A program made the translations under genes and the position numbers. A stretch of 64,000 nucleotides of DNA from positions 12,318 through 76,317 of the forward strand of contig CAYGJZ010000004.1 in NCBI GenBank assembly GCA_964350265.1, written 5' to 3'. How positions within the stretch are numbered: the first letter of the stretch is position 1; each line of letters begins with the position of its first letter. Source of the DNA: an uncultured Gammaproteobacteria bacterium. Lineage in GTDB: Bacteria; Pseudomonadota; Gammaproteobacteria; Arenicellales; CAJQKF01. The notes under the pieces were generated by a model. The model saw nothing but the letters and a program-made list of their open reading frames with translations, made no database searches and was not told where the DNA came from. Below are positions 24,725 to 34,854 of this stretch, piece after piece.

Positions 24725-25989
24725 GACGCCGCCAGCGCCTGCTCGATGTCGGCGATGATGTCGTCGCGGTGCTCGATGCCGATGGACAGCCGCACCATGT
24801 CCTCGGAAACCCCGGCGCTGGCCAGTTCCTCGGCGGCCAACTGGCGATGGGTGGTGGTGGCGGGGTGGCAGGCCAGGCTCTTCGCATCGCCGATGTTGAC
24901 CAGCCGCTTGACCAGGCCAAGGGCGTCGATGAAACGGGCACCGGCCTCGCGGCCGCCCTCGATGCCGAAGCTCAGGATGGAGGAAGGACGGCCACCGGTG
25001 TATCGCTCGGCCAGGGCATGGTAGGGGCTGTCGGCCAGGCCGGCATAGCGCACCCAGGTCACCTTGTCATGGCTGTCGAGGTAGTTGGCCACCGCCATCG
25101 CGTTGTCCACGTGGCGCTCCATGCGCAGCGACAGCGTTTCCAGCCCCTGCATGATCATCAGCGCGTTGAACGGCGACAGCGCGGCGCCGGTGTTGCGCAG
25201 CGGCACCACCCGGGCACGACCGATGAAGGCGGCCGGACCCAGGGCGTCGGTGTAGACCACGCCGTGGTAGGAGGGATCCGGCTCGTTGAACTGGGCGAAA
25301 CGCGGGTTGTCCTTCCACGGGAACTTGCCCGAGTCGACGATGATGCCGCCGATGGAGGTGCCGTGCCCGCCGATGTACTTGGTCAGCGAGTGCACCACGA
25401 TGTCGGCGCCATGCTCGATGGGTCGCCACAGCGCCGGGGTGGCGACGGTGTTGTCCACCACCACCGGAATGCCGTGGCGATGGGCGATCTTGGCGATGGC
25501 CTCGACGTCGGCGATGTTGCCCGCCGGGTTGCCGATGGTTTCGCAGAACACCATGCGGGTACGGTCGTCGATCAGCGCTTCCAGCGAGGCCGGTTCGTCG
25601 GCGTTGAAGAACCGGCACTCGACACCGGTCTGCGGCAGGGTATGGGCGAACAGGTTGTAGGTGCCGCCGTAGAGCTGGCTGACCGAGAGAATGTTGTCGC
25701 CGGCCCGCGCCAGGGTCTGCACGCTGGCGGTGATGGCGGCCATGCCGGAGGCCATGGCCAGCGAGGCGATACCGCCCTCGAGCTGCGCAAGGCGTTCCTC
25801 CAGCACCGCGTTGGTGGGATTCATGATGCGCGTGTAGATGTTTCCTTCCACCTTCAGGTCGAACAGGTCGGCACCGTGCTGGGTGTTGTCGAAGTAGTAG
25901 GAGGTGGTCTGGTACAGCGGCACGGCGACCGCGTGGGTGGCCGGATCGCCGGCGAAGCCGCCGTGGATGGCGATGGTTTCAGGTTTCAT
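24721..25989 (-). CDS. metY: O-acetylhomoserine aminocarboxypropyltransferase / sulfhydrylase
   Basis: It starts MKPETIAIHGG. The PLP-lysine motif is HSLTKYIGGHG, and CHPATTTH is also present. It is 422 aa, with GGAG upstream of the ATG at 25989. Confidence 0.9.
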   Translation of the reverse strand: MKPETIAIHGGFAGDPATHAVAVPLYQTTSYYFDNTQHGADLFDLKVEGNIYTRIMNPTNAVLEERLAQLEGGIASLAMASGMAAITASVQTLARAGDNILSVSQLYGGTYNLFAHTLPQTGVECRFFNADEPASLEALIDDRTRMVFCETIGNPAGNIADVEAIAKIAHRHGIPVVVDNTVATPALWRPIEHGADIVVHSLTKYIGGHGTSIGGIIVDSGKFPWKDNPRFAQFNEPDPSYHGVVYTDALGPAAFIGRARVVPLRNTGAALSPFNALMIMQGLETLSLRMERHVDNAMAVANYLDSHDKVTWVRYAGLADSPYHALAERYTGGRPSSILSFGIEGGREAGARFIDALGLVKRLVNIGDAKSLACHPATTTHRQLAAEELASAGVSEDMVRLSIGIEHRDDIIADIEQALAAS

Positions 25990-26062
25990 GGATGCTCCGG
26001 TGGCTGTGGTTGTGTGTCGGGTTCGAGCGGCCGCGGCCCGGTTGGCCGAACGGCGAACGGGA

Positions 26063-28894
26063 CTAGCCCGGACCGCCCTGGTCGGCAAGCGCGGCGAAAC
26101 ATGCACGCCAGGCGTCGATCACGTCCTTGCGGGTGTGCAGGCTGGCATCGGCATCGATCAGCGCAGGCCGTTCCTCGAGGCGCAGCTCGAGTTCCAGGGC
26201 CAGGTATTCACGGCAGGCCGACTGCAGCATGGCGGCCTCGCCGGCCTCCATGATACCCGCTTCGGCCAGTGCACCGAGAATCTCGATGGTGCCGCGCGGC
26301 GCCAGCACCTGCGGGCAGTCGGCGGCCCGTGCCAGCACGTGGTACTGGGCCAGGAACTCGATGTCCACCAGGCCGCCCTCGCCCAGCTTGAGGTCGAACT
26401 GCTGCTCGCTGCTGCGACTGTTGGCCTCGCTCATGCGCCGACGCATGTCGACCACCTCCCGGCCCAGTGCCAGCGGGTCGCGGCGGCGGCACAGGATCCG
26501 TGCGCGGATGGCCTCGAAGCGCTCGCGCAGCAGCGCGGGGCCATCGACCATGCGCGAACGCACCAGCGCCTGGTGTTCCCAGGTCCAGGCCTGTTGCTGC
26601 TGGTAGTCGGAGAAGGCCCGCACCGAGCTGACCATGGTCCCGGAGTGACCGCTGGGACGCAGGCGCAGATCGGTCTCGTAGAGCACGCCGGCCCGGGTGG
26701 TGGTGTTGAGCACGTGGGTGATGCGCTGGGCGAGACGGCTGTGGTAGTAGCCCAGCGACGGGTTCATCTCCGCCGCCACCGCCGGCTCGGCATCGAACAG
26801 GAAGACCAGGTCGAGGTCGGACTGGTAGGACAGCTCGGCGCCGCCGAACTTGCCGTAGCCGACCACGCCGAACAGCAACTGCTCCTCGATGCCCTCCACC
26901 GAGGTGCGCACCTTGCTGCTCAGCGAGGCCCGCGCCACCGACACCACCTCGCCGATCACCGCGCTGGCCAGGTCGCTCAGGCCGCGACGGACCGCCAGCG
27001 GCTCCAGCGCCCCGGCGATGGCCAGCGCCGCAACCCGCAGGAAATAGCCGTTCTTGTACTCGCGCAGGCCGTCCATCTGCGCCTCCATGTCGCCGTGCAT
27101 CGGCTGCAGGCGACGGTGCAGCTCGGCAGCGATCTGTTCCACCGGCTCCAGGCGGGTGTTGGCGATGGGATCGAGCAGTTCGTCGAGGATCACCGGGTGC
27201 TGGCCGATCCAGCGCGCCACCCAGGCGCTGGTGCCGATCAACTGCACCAGCTGGCGCAACGCCAGCGCGTTCTCCGCCAGCAGGGCGAAGTAGGCGGAGC
27301 GGTGACCGATGCCCTCGATGACCTGGATGAAGCGCACCAGCGAGCGATCCGGCGCGCGCGCCCTGGCGATCTCCTTCAAGGCCGCCGGCAACATGCGATC
27401 GAGGCGTTCGCGGCCATTGCGCGAGAAACCCTGGTAGACCCGCCCCTCGCGCACACCGCGCACCAGCGACAGCGCCTGGCCCGGGTCGGCGAAGCCGTGC
27501 TCGGCCAGGAAGGCGGTGCAGACCTGCTCGCTGCGGGTCGCGAACCAGACGTCGGCGAAGCCGTCGAGCTCGTCGTCGGCCGGTGTCTCCTCGGTCTGGA
27601 ACAGCCGCGCGAAGGACGCCTGCACCTGTTCGCGGTGCGCGGACAGCGCCGCGGCGAAGGCGGCGTAGTCGGCGAAGCCCATGGCGGTGGCAAGACGCGC
27701 GCGGCCGGCCTCGTCGGTGGGCAGTTGCTGGGTCTGCTGGTCGTCGAACATCTGCAGGCGGTGCTCGGTGTTGCGCAGGAAGGCATAGGCATCGAGCAGC
27801 CGGTCGCGCTCCTCGGCCTCGATCACCTGCAAGCGGACCAGCGCATCGAAGGCCGCGTACAGGCTGCCGGTCTGCAGGTCGCGTTCGCGACCACCGCGAA
27901 TCAACTGGTGGCTCTGCACCACGAACTCGATCTCGCGGATGCCGCCCGGCCCGAGCTTGATGTCGTTGCGCCGGCCCTTGCGCGCCAGCTCGCGGTTGAT
28001 CAGCGTCTTCATCTCGCGAATGGACTCGAAGGCGCTGAAGTCCAGGTACTTGCGGTAGACGAAGGGTCGCAGCAGGGCGAGCAGCTCGGCGCCGCAGCGG
28101 CGGTCCCCGGCCACCACCCGCGCCTTGATCATCGCGTAGCGTTCCCAGTCGCGGCCATGGGCCTGGTAGTAGTGCTCCATGGCGCCGAAGGACAGGGCCA
28201 GCGGACCGCTGCCGCCATTGGGCCGCAGCCGCATGTCGGTGCGGAAGACGAAGCCGTCCGCCGACGGCTCGTCGAGCATGCGCACCAGCTGGCGTCCCAG
28301 GCGCAGGAAGAACTCCTCGTTGGACAGCGCCCGGGGGCCGTCGGTCTCGCCGCCCTCGGTGAAGCAGAAGATGAGGTCCACGTCGGAGGAGAAATTCAGC
28401 TCGCGGCCGCCGAGCTTGCCCAGGCCCAGCACCACCATCGGCACCGCCTCGCCGCTGTCGCGCCCGCGCGGCACGCCGTGGCGTTCGCCGAGCTCGCGGT
28501 AGAGGGTGGCCAGGGCGGCATCGATCAGGGTGTCGGCCAGTTCCGACAGCGCGGCGAGGGTGTCGCGCAACGTGTAGACGCCGGCGAGGTCGGCCCAGGC
28601 CACCAGGCACATGCTGCGACGACGCTGGCGACGCAGTTCCACGTACAGCGCCTCGCTGTCCATCGCCGCGGCCAGCGGCGCCTCCACGGCGCCGGCCAGC
28701 GCGCCCTCGACGTAGCCCCGGCTGGCCGGGTGGGCGAGGATCCATGCCGCCAGCTCCTCGTCCAGCGACAGTGCCCGGGCCAGGAAGCGGCTCGCGTCCA
28801 GCGCCCCGGCAAGGCCGTCGAGCAGCGGGTGACCGGCGAAACGCTCCGTCACCGCTGCCGGCAGCACGGTGTCCCCGGCCGCCGGTGGGTTCAT
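26063..28894 (-). CDS. glnE: Bifunctional [glutamine synthetase] adenylyltransferase / adenylyl-removing enzyme
   Basis: It is 943 aa and carries two nucleotidyltransferase modules, GLGKLGGRELNFSSDVDLIF and GYGKFGGAELSYQSDLDLVF. Confidence 0.95.
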   Translation of the reverse strand: MNPPAAGDTVLPAAVTERFAGHPLLDGLAGALDASRFLARALSLDEELAAWILAHPASRGYVEGALAGAVEAPLAAAMDSEALYVELRRQRRRSMCLVAWADLAGVYTLRDTLAALSELADTLIDAALATLYRELGERHGVPRGRDSGEAVPMVVLGLGKLGGRELNFSSDVDLIFCFTEGGETDGPRALSNEEFFLRLGRQLVRMLDEPSADGFVFRTDMRLRPNGGSGPLALSFGAMEHYYQAHGRDWERYAMIKARVVAGDRRCGAELLALLRPFVYRKYLDFSAFESIREMKTLINRELARKGRRNDIKLGPGGIREIEFVVQSHQLIRGGRERDLQTGSLYAAFDALVRLQVIEAEERDRLLDAYAFLRNTEHRLQMFDDQQTQQLPTDEAGRARLATAMGFADYAAFAAALSAHREQVQASFARLFQTEETPADDELDGFADVWFATRSEQVCTAFLAEHGFADPGQALSLVRGVREGRVYQGFSRNGRERLDRMLPAALKEIARARAPDRSLVRFIQVIEGIGHRSAYFALLAENALALRQLVQLIGTSAWVARWIGQHPVILDELLDPIANTRLEPVEQIAAELHRRLQPMHGDMEAQMDGLREYKNGYFLRVAALAIAGALEPLAVRRGLSDLASAVIGEVVSVARASLSSKVRTSVEGIEEQLLFGVVGYGKFGGAELSYQSDLDLVFLFDAEPAVAAEMNPSLGYYHSRLAQRITHVLNTTTRAGVLYETDLRLRPSGHSGTMVSSVRAFSDYQQQQAWTWEHQALVRSRMVDGPALLRERFEAIRARILCRRRDPLALGREVVDMRRRMSEANSRSSEQQFDLKLGEGGLVDIEFLAQYHVLARAADCPQVLAPRGTIEILGALAEAGIMEAGEAAMLQSACREYLALELELRLEERPALIDADASLHTRKDVIDAWRACFAALADQGGPG

Positions 28895-28904
28895 GCCGCC
28901 ATGC

Positions 28905-30266
28905 TCACGATTCGCCGAAGGATTCGGTGGTGTAGCGCTCGGCGCGCAGGTCCCGCGGCCAGCCGGCGGTGGGCATCGACGCCTTGCGCCGCAGGGCGTC
29001 GACGAAATCCTCCGGCCGCGGAATGCTCTCCCAGACACTGGGCAGGAAGGTGGCACGGTGCTCGCCGAGGGACAGCGTCAGGCCGTGGACCCCCGGTCGC
29101 AGCCGGGCCAGCAGCTCGGCCTGCGAGGACGCCGGCACCGCCTCGGGAGCCGACAGCACCGAGATCGACAGCCGCAGCCGCGCCAGCTCGTCGCCGGCCA
29201 GCGGCGGGAATCGCGGATCCGCCGAGGCCGCGCGCACGGCATTGTCCGCCACCTGGTGCAGCAGTGGCCGATCCGCCACCAGGCTGCCGATGCAGCCACG
29301 CAGGGCGCCATCGATGGTCAGCGTGACGAAGCAGGCCGCCGGCGCCTGGCAGACCGCCGGCCAACGGCGTTCGTCGATGCGCGCGGTGGCACCGTCGATG
29401 GCGCCGGTGATGCTGGCACGCGCCAGCGCCAGCAGCCGGGCCCGGGTGTCGGCATCGAAGCGTGGCTTGGCGGGACCGGCAACCAGGCTGGCATAGCCGA
29501 CCACGCGGTCGCGCGACCCGGCGGTATCGCCGGAGTTGCGCACGTCCACCGCGACCAGTTCCTCGCCCTGCCCGGACAGGCTTTGCAGCAGCGCCGCCAG
29601 CGGCAGGAAGCCACAGGCCCGCTCCGGTCGCATCTCCTGCCAGGCGAGCCGCTCCATGCACGCCACGGTGCCCTGGTCGATCCGCCGCGCGGCCGGGTAG
29701 GCATGGAAGTGCGACAGGTCGGAGCTGACCACCACCAGGGCATCGTCCTCCGCCAGCATGGCGTCGATCACCGGTCGCAGCCGGTCGGGATGAATCTCCC
29801 CCACCACCAGCGGCACCACGCTGGCGTCGGGCAGCGCCAGCTGCAGGAAGGGCAGGTGCACCTCCAGGCTGTGCTCGCGCTCGTGGCAGGCATCGTTGAC
29901 CGCCACGAAGTCACGGCGCGCGGAAATCCGCTGCAGTCGCTCCCGGTCCACCGCCACCTCGCCGAGGGGCGTGGCGAAGGCGTGGTGGGAGGGCGAGGCA
30001 ACGCCACGCACCGCCACCCGGTGTGCCGGACCGAGCAGGTAGACGCAGCGCACCGGCGCCCGGCGGTTGGCCAGCGCGCGGTAGGCGCTGCCGGCCACCG
30101 CGCCGGAGTAGACGTGCCCGGCATGGGGCGCGACCAGTGCCCTCGGCACCCGTTCGCAGGCCACCCCGGACTCGAGGTAGCCGCGCACGGCGGCGCCAAG
30201 ACGCGCGGCATCGGCCTCGTAGAAGGTGCCTGCCAGCGCCGCCGGCCGAACGTCGCTGCGGTTCAT
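28905..30266 (-). CDS. AmmeMemoRadiSam system protein B (MEMO1-like) fused to protein A (AMMECR1-like)
   Basis: The N-terminal Memo-like half reads PHAGHVYSG, HSLEVHLPFL and SSDLSHFH. The C-terminal AMMECR1-like half reads ACFVTLTIDGALRGCIGSL. It is a single 453-aa ORF starting at the ATG at 30266. Confidence 0.85.
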   Translation of the reverse strand: MNRSDVRPAALAGTFYEADAARLGAAVRGYLESGVACERVPRALVAPHAGHVYSGAVAGSAYRALANRRAPVRCVYLLGPAHRVAVRGVASPSHHAFATPLGEVAVDRERLQRISARRDFVAVNDACHEREHSLEVHLPFLQLALPDASVVPLVVGEIHPDRLRPVIDAMLAEDDALVVVSSDLSHFHAYPAARRIDQGTVACMERLAWQEMRPERACGFLPLAALLQSLSGQGEELVAVDVRNSGDTAGSRDRVVGYASLVAGPAKPRFDADTRARLLALARASITGAIDGATARIDERRWPAVCQAPAACFVTLTIDGALRGCIGSLVADRPLLHQVADNAVRAASADPRFPPLAGDELARLRLSISVLSAPEAVPASSQAELLARLRPGVHGLTLSLGEHRATFLPSVWESIPRPEDFVDALRRKASMPTAGWPRDLRAERYTTESFGES

Positions 30267-30337
30267 GTCTTGTTTCCGTGCATCGCGTTGCAGTGTATGC
30301 GCGCGCGCCGGAGCCGACAACATCGACCCGGCGGGGA

Positions 30338-30367
30338 TTGACGCTGCCCGACTCCGCTGCCTACAGT
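30338..30367 (+). promoter_or_regulatory. Candidate sigma70-type promoter (TTGACG-18 nt-TACAGT) for the AmmeMemoRadiSam radical SAM gene
   Basis: The hexamers lie 43-72 nt upstream of the ATG at 30410. This is pattern matching only. Confidence 0.35.
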
Positions 30368-30409
30368 GGTGCCACGAGGCCGCGCCGCACGCGGCCGGAG
30401 GAACCGACC

Positions 30410-31483
30410 ATGTCCACGGTGCCGACCCGCTACTGGCATGCGCTCGACGACGGCCGTGTCCAGTGTGACCTGTGTCCGCGCAACTGCCGCCTGCACGAAG
30501 GCCAGCGCGGCACCTGCTTCGTGCGCGGCTGCGAGCAGGGACAGGTGGTGCTCACCACCTTCGGCCGCTCCAGCGGGTTCTGCATCGACCCGGTGGAGAA
30601 GAAGCCCCTCAACCACTTCCTGCCCGGCTCGCCGGTGCTGTCCTTCGGCACCGCCGGCTGCAACCTGGCCTGCAAGTTCTGCCAGAACTGGGACATCAGC
30701 AAGTCCCGCGAGATGGACACCCTGGGCCAGGCGGCGACACCGGCGATGCTGGCCGAGACAGCATCGCGCCTGCACTGCCGGGGCATTGCCTTTACCTACA
30801 ACGACCCGGTGATCTTCCACGAGTACGCGGTGGCGGTGGCGATGGCGGCGCGCGAGCGCGGCATCGCCAGCATCGCGGTCACCGCCGGCTACGTCTCCGC
30901 CGCGCCCCGCCGCGAGTTCTTCGCCCACATGGATGCCGCCAACATCGACCTGAAGGCGTTCAGCGAGGACTTCTACCGCCGCCAGTGCGGCGCGCGCCTG
31001 GCCGATGTCCTCGACACGCTGCTCTACGTGCGACACGAGACCGACACCTGGCTGGAACTGACCACCCTGCTGATCCCCGGTCACAACGACGGCGACGACG
31101 AGATCGCCGCGCTGTCGCGCTTCGTCGCCGATCGTCTCGGCGTCGACGTGCCGTTGCACTTCACCGCCTTTCACCCGGATTTTCGCATGCGCGAGGTCGC
31201 CCCCACGCCACCGGCCACCCTGGCCCGGGCCCGTGGCATCGCCCTCGATGCCGGGCTGCGCTACGTCTATACCGGCAACGTCCACGACGTGGACGGCGGC
31301 AGCACCTTCTGCCATGGCTGTGGCCGGCTGCTGATCGAGCGCGACTGGTACCAGCTCGGCGCCTGGCACGTGGTGGACGGTGGCTGCGACGCCTGCGGCA
31401 CGCCCGTGGCCGGACGCTTCGAGCATCGGCCCGGCGGGTTCGGGCGTCGACGGCTGCCGGTCACGCTGTCGCCCGCGCACTGA
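30410..31483 (+). CDS. AmmeMemoRadiSam system radical SAM enzyme
   Basis: The CX3CX2C motif is GCNLACKFCQNW (30659-30682). There is an N-terminal CDLCPRNC..GTC cluster and a PflA-like core. The C-terminus reads CHGCG...CDACG. GGAGGAA lies upstream of the ATG. Confidence 0.9.
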   Translation: MSTVPTRYWHALDDGRVQCDLCPRNCRLHEGQRGTCFVRGCEQGQVVLTTFGRSSGFCIDPVEKKPLNHFLPGSPVLSFGTAGCNLACKFCQNWDISKSREMDTLGQAATPAMLAETASRLHCRGIAFTYNDPVIFHEYAVAVAMAARERGIASIAVTAGYVSAAPRREFFAHMDAANIDLKAFSEDFYRRQCGARLADVLDTLLYVRHETDTWLELTTLLIPGHNDGDDEIAALSRFVADRLGVDVPLHFTAFHPDFRMREVAPTPPATLARARGIALDAGLRYVYTGNVHDVDGGSTFCHGCGRLLIERDWYQLGAWHVVDGGCDACGTPVAGRFEHRPGGFGRRRLPVTLSPAH

Positions 31484-31541
31484 CGGTGCCGGCGGCGAAA
31501 GCCGGGTACAATCGCCGGCCGCCCCCGCTGCCAGTCCCATC

Positions 31542-32432
31542 GTGCCCCCGCAACGCCAAGCCTATCTCTTCGCCCTGCTCGCGGTGGCCTGCTGGAGCAC
31601 CGCGGCGGCCGCCTTCAAGCTGACCCTGGCGCACATCGGCAGCGACGCGCTGGTGGTCTACAGCGCCGTGGTGGCGCTGGCCTTCCTGCTGGCGACCTCC
31701 GCCCTGCGCGGCGGTCTTGGCGAACTTGGCCACTGGCAGGCGCGGGACCTCGTGCGCTCGGCGGTGCTCGGCGCGCTCAACCCCTTCGCCTACTACGTGA
31801 TCCTGTTCCGCGCCTACCAGTTGCTGCCGGCACAGGAAGCGCAGCCGCTCAACTTCACCTGGCCGCTGGTGCTGGTGCTGCTGTCGGCGCTCTTGTTCCG
31901 CCAGCGCATCCGTGCCGCCTCGGCGCTGGCCATGCTGGTGAGCTTCGCCGGGGTGGTGCTGATCGCCACCCGCGGCGAACCGTGGTCCTTCCGCCTGAGC
32001 GACCCGGTGGGCGTTGCGCTGGCCCTGGCCAGCACCGTGGTCTGGGCGCTGTACTGGCTGTACGCGAGCCGCGACAGCCGCGATCCGGTCAACCGGCTGG
32101 CGGTGAACTTCGCCTTCGGCCTGGTCTACGTGCTGGCCTATGCATGGCTCACCGATACCCTGGAGGTCCCCGGGGCGGCGGCGCTGGCCGGCAGCCTCTA
32201 CATCGGGCTGATGGAAATGGGGGTTGCCTTCGTCTTCTGGCTGCAGGCACTTCGGCTGTCGCGCACCACCGCCGAGGTCGGCAACCTGATCTACCTCACG
32301 CCCTTTGCCTCGCTGCTGGTGGTGGCGCTGGTGGTGGGCGAGCAGATCCTGGCCGCGACCTGGTTCGGGCTGGTGCTGATCGTCGCCGGCATCATCCTGC
32401 AGCAGCGCCTGTCGGCGCGACCATCGCCCTAG
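31542..32432 (+). CDS. DMT-superfamily (EamA-type) transporter
   Basis: It has about 10 TM segments and a duplicated EamA-like architecture. The GTG start at 31542 is inferred, because the longer ORF would overlap the radical SAM gene by about 100 nt. Confidence 0.75.
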   Translation: MPPQRQAYLFALLAVACWSTAAAAFKLTLAHIGSDALVVYSAVVALAFLLATSALRGGLGELGHWQARDLVRSAVLGALNPFAYYVILFRAYQLLPAQEAQPLNFTWPLVLVLLSALLFRQRIRAASALAMLVSFAGVVLIATRGEPWSFRLSDPVGVALALASTVVWALYWLYASRDSRDPVNRLAVNFAFGLVYVLAYAWLTDTLEVPGAAALAGSLYIGLMEMGVAFVFWLQALRLSRTTAEVGNLIYLTPFASLLVVALVVGEQILAATWFGLVLIVAGIILQQRLSARPSP

Positions 32433-33367
32433 CCGCGGTAGCGCTGGTAGGCCAGTGCCGCCAGCGCCAGGTCGCCCAGCGACAGGCCACGGAAGACGAA
32501 GGCGGTGCGCTCGTCGTCGCTGCCACGGGAGGCCACCGCGCCGCTCACCAGGCCGGTGAGATCGCCATCCACCAGCGCGTCGGCCACCAGCGGTTTGGCC
32601 ATGGTCTTCTCCTGTTCAACGTCGTCGATGACCACGCGGTCGAAGGCCGGCATGCCGGCGTCGAGCCACGGAATGCCTAGATCGGTGATGGCGGCGAAGG
32701 CGCCGGGCTTGAGCCAGCGGGCGTCGAGAAACGGCTCGGTGTCGTAGGACAGCGTCACCGAGCTGACCACGATGTCGACGCCGTCCACCGCCTCGCGCGG
32801 ATCGTCGCAGGCATGCGCGGCGAGACCCGCGGCGCGGGCATCGGCGCAGAAGCGGTCGCGGTTGGCCTTGCCCCGTCCCAGCGCGCGCACCTCCTCGATG
32901 GCGAACATCTGCCTGAAGGCATCGAGGTGGCTGCGCGCCTGGGCGCCGCAGCCGATGAAGCCGATGCTGCGCGCATCGCCACGGGCCAGGTACTTCGCCG
33001 CCACCGCGCTCAGGCCGGCGGTGCGCACCTCGGTGACCCAGTTGCCCTCGACCATGGCCACGGGCACCCCGCTGACGGCATCGTGCAGGGCAACCACGGC
33101 GTTGATCTGCGGCAGGCCGCGGGCGCTGTTGTCGGGATTCAGGCCAAGGGATTTCACCGCCATGAAGGGCGGGTCGGCGGCCACGCACAGGGTCGCCATC
33201 AGGTAGCGGCCGTCGCCGGGCATGACCACCGACTTCGGCGCGTTGAACACGCTGCCGGCGGCGGCACCACGAATCAGCCGCTCCATCATCTCGATGACGT
33301 CGAAGGTGGTGATGCCCAGGCCCTCGCAGTCTTCGCGGGAGAGGTAGGGGAGCTTGTGGTCGGTCAT
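32429..33367 (-). CDS. Ornithine cyclodeaminase / mu-crystallin family protein
   Basis: The Rossmann motif is IGFIGCGAQARSHL, and TEVRTAGLSAVAAKYLA is typical of the OCD family. Confidence 0.85.
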   Translation of the reverse strand: MTDHKLPYLSREDCEGLGITTFDVIEMMERLIRGAAAGSVFNAPKSVVMPGDGRYLMATLCVAADPPFMAVKSLGLNPDNSARGLPQINAVVALHDAVSGVPVAMVEGNWVTEVRTAGLSAVAAKYLARGDARSIGFIGCGAQARSHLDAFRQMFAIEEVRALGRGKANRDRFCADARAAGLAAHACDDPREAVDGVDIVVSSVTLSYDTEPFLDARWLKPGAFAAITDLGIPWLDAGMPAFDRVVIDDVEQEKTMAKPLVADALVDGDLTGLVSGAVASRGSDDERTAFVFRGLSLGDLALAALAYQRYRG

Positions 33368-33400
33368 GGGCTGCTTGCCTGTGGTCGATGCGGGCGGGCG

Positions 33401-34816
33401 CTAGCCGGCGTGCTGGCGGTGGTGGGCATGGATGACCTCGGCCACGCAGGTGGTGAGCTTGCGCGCCATCGGCAGGTGCAGGAACTCGTTGGGGCCGTGG
33501 GCATTGGACTTCGGGCCGAGCACCCCGGTGATCAGGAACTGGGCATGTGGATACTGTTCACCGAGCATGGCCATGAAGGGGATGGTGCCGCCCTCGCCCA
33601 TGTTCACCGCCGGGCGACCGAAGCTGTGCTCGCTGGCGGCATGCACCGCCGCGTCCAGCCACGGCTCGGTGGCCGGGGCATTCCAGCCGCTGTCGGCCTG
33701 GTCGGCGGTGAAGCGCACCCGCGCGCCCTGCGGCGGGTCCGCCTCGAGCAGCTGCTTGAGCTGGCCGGCCACCTTGCGCCCGTTCACCAGCGGCGGCAGG
33801 CGCAGGGACAGCTTCAAAGCGGTGCCCGGTCGATGCACGTTGCCGGCGCTGTCCAGGGGTGGCAGTCCGTCGGCGCCGACCACTTCCAGGGCCGGTCGCC
33901 AGGTGCGGTTCAGGATCGCCTCGGCGGTATCGGCGCCCATGGCGCGGACACCGTCGACGAAGGGAAAGCGGGTGAAGGCATCGGCACCCATCAGCGAGGC
34001 GGCGTGGGCGGCCTGCTCGATCCGCTGCGGCGGAATCTCGCAGTGGCAGAAGGCCGGCCGTACCAGCCCGTCGACATGGTCCTCGATGCGATCGATGAGC
34101 TGGCGGCAGACGCGGAAGCTCGACGGCACCACGCCGCCGGCATCGCCGGAGTGCACGCCCTCGGTGAGCACGTCCACCGACAGCCGTCCGCCGACCAGCC
34201 CGCGCAGCGAGGTGGTCAGCCACAACTGCTCGTAGTTGCCGCAGCCCGAGTCCAGGCAGATCACCAGGTCCGGCTGGCCGATGCGCTCGCTGAGCGCCTC
34301 CATGTAGGCAGGCAGGTCGGGGCTGCCGCTTTCCTCGCTGGCCTCGATCAGGATCTTCAGGCGGGCATGGGGCAGGCCCTGGTCCTTCAGCGCCAGCACC
34401 GCCGCCACCGAGGCGAACAGCGCATAGCCGTCGTCGGCGCCGCCACGGCCATACAGCAGGTCGCCCTCGCGCACCGGCTTCCACGGTCCGAGGTCGTCAC
34501 GCCAGCCACTCATCTCCGGCTGCTTGTCGAGATGCCCGTACAGCAGGATGGTGCGGTCGATGTCCCCGGGCACGTCGATGAACAGGGTCGGCGTACGTCC
34601 CGGCAGGCGCACCACCTCGGCCTCGGCGCCGTCGATGGCATGCCCGGCGTACCAGTTGCCCATCAACGACACGGCATCGTCCATGTAACCGTGTTCGGCC
34701 CACTTGGCATCGAACATGGGCGACTTGTTGGGGATACGGATGTACTCGGTGATGGCGTCGATGATGGAGTCGTTCCACAACGTGTCGACGAAGGTTCGGG
34801 CCTGGTCAGCGTGCAT
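33401..34816 (-). CDS. M20-family metallopeptidase / dipeptidase-like hydrolase
   Basis: LYGHLDKQP, YGRGGADDGY, EASEESGS and the HGPNE motifs are typical of M20. It is 471 aa from the ATG at 34816. Confidence 0.85.
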   Translation of the reverse strand: MHADQARTFVDTLWNDSIIDAITEYIRIPNKSPMFDAKWAEHGYMDDAVSLMGNWYAGHAIDGAEAEVVRLPGRTPTLFIDVPGDIDRTILLYGHLDKQPEMSGWRDDLGPWKPVREGDLLYGRGGADDGYALFASVAAVLALKDQGLPHARLKILIEASEESGSPDLPAYMEALSERIGQPDLVICLDSGCGNYEQLWLTTSLRGLVGGRLSVDVLTEGVHSGDAGGVVPSSFRVCRQLIDRIEDHVDGLVRPAFCHCEIPPQRIEQAAHAASLMGADAFTRFPFVDGVRAMGADTAEAILNRTWRPALEVVGADGLPPLDSAGNVHRPGTALKLSLRLPPLVNGRKVAGQLKQLLEADPPQGARVRFTADQADSGWNAPATEPWLDAAVHAASEHSFGRPAVNMGEGGTIPFMAMLGEQYPHAQFLITGVLGPKSNAHGPNEFLHLPMARKLTTCVAEVIHAHHRQHAG

Positions 34817-34854
34817 GGTGCGTCCGTGATGATTCGTGGGTCGGCGGGCCGCGC

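Noticed and set aside
25990-26062. A possible SAM-type riboswitch or leader between glnE and metY.
   Set aside because: The gap is only 73 nt and GC-rich. It has no SAM-I, SAM-II or SAM/SAH-like conserved motifs that I can recognise. It is more likely a simple intercistronic spacer.
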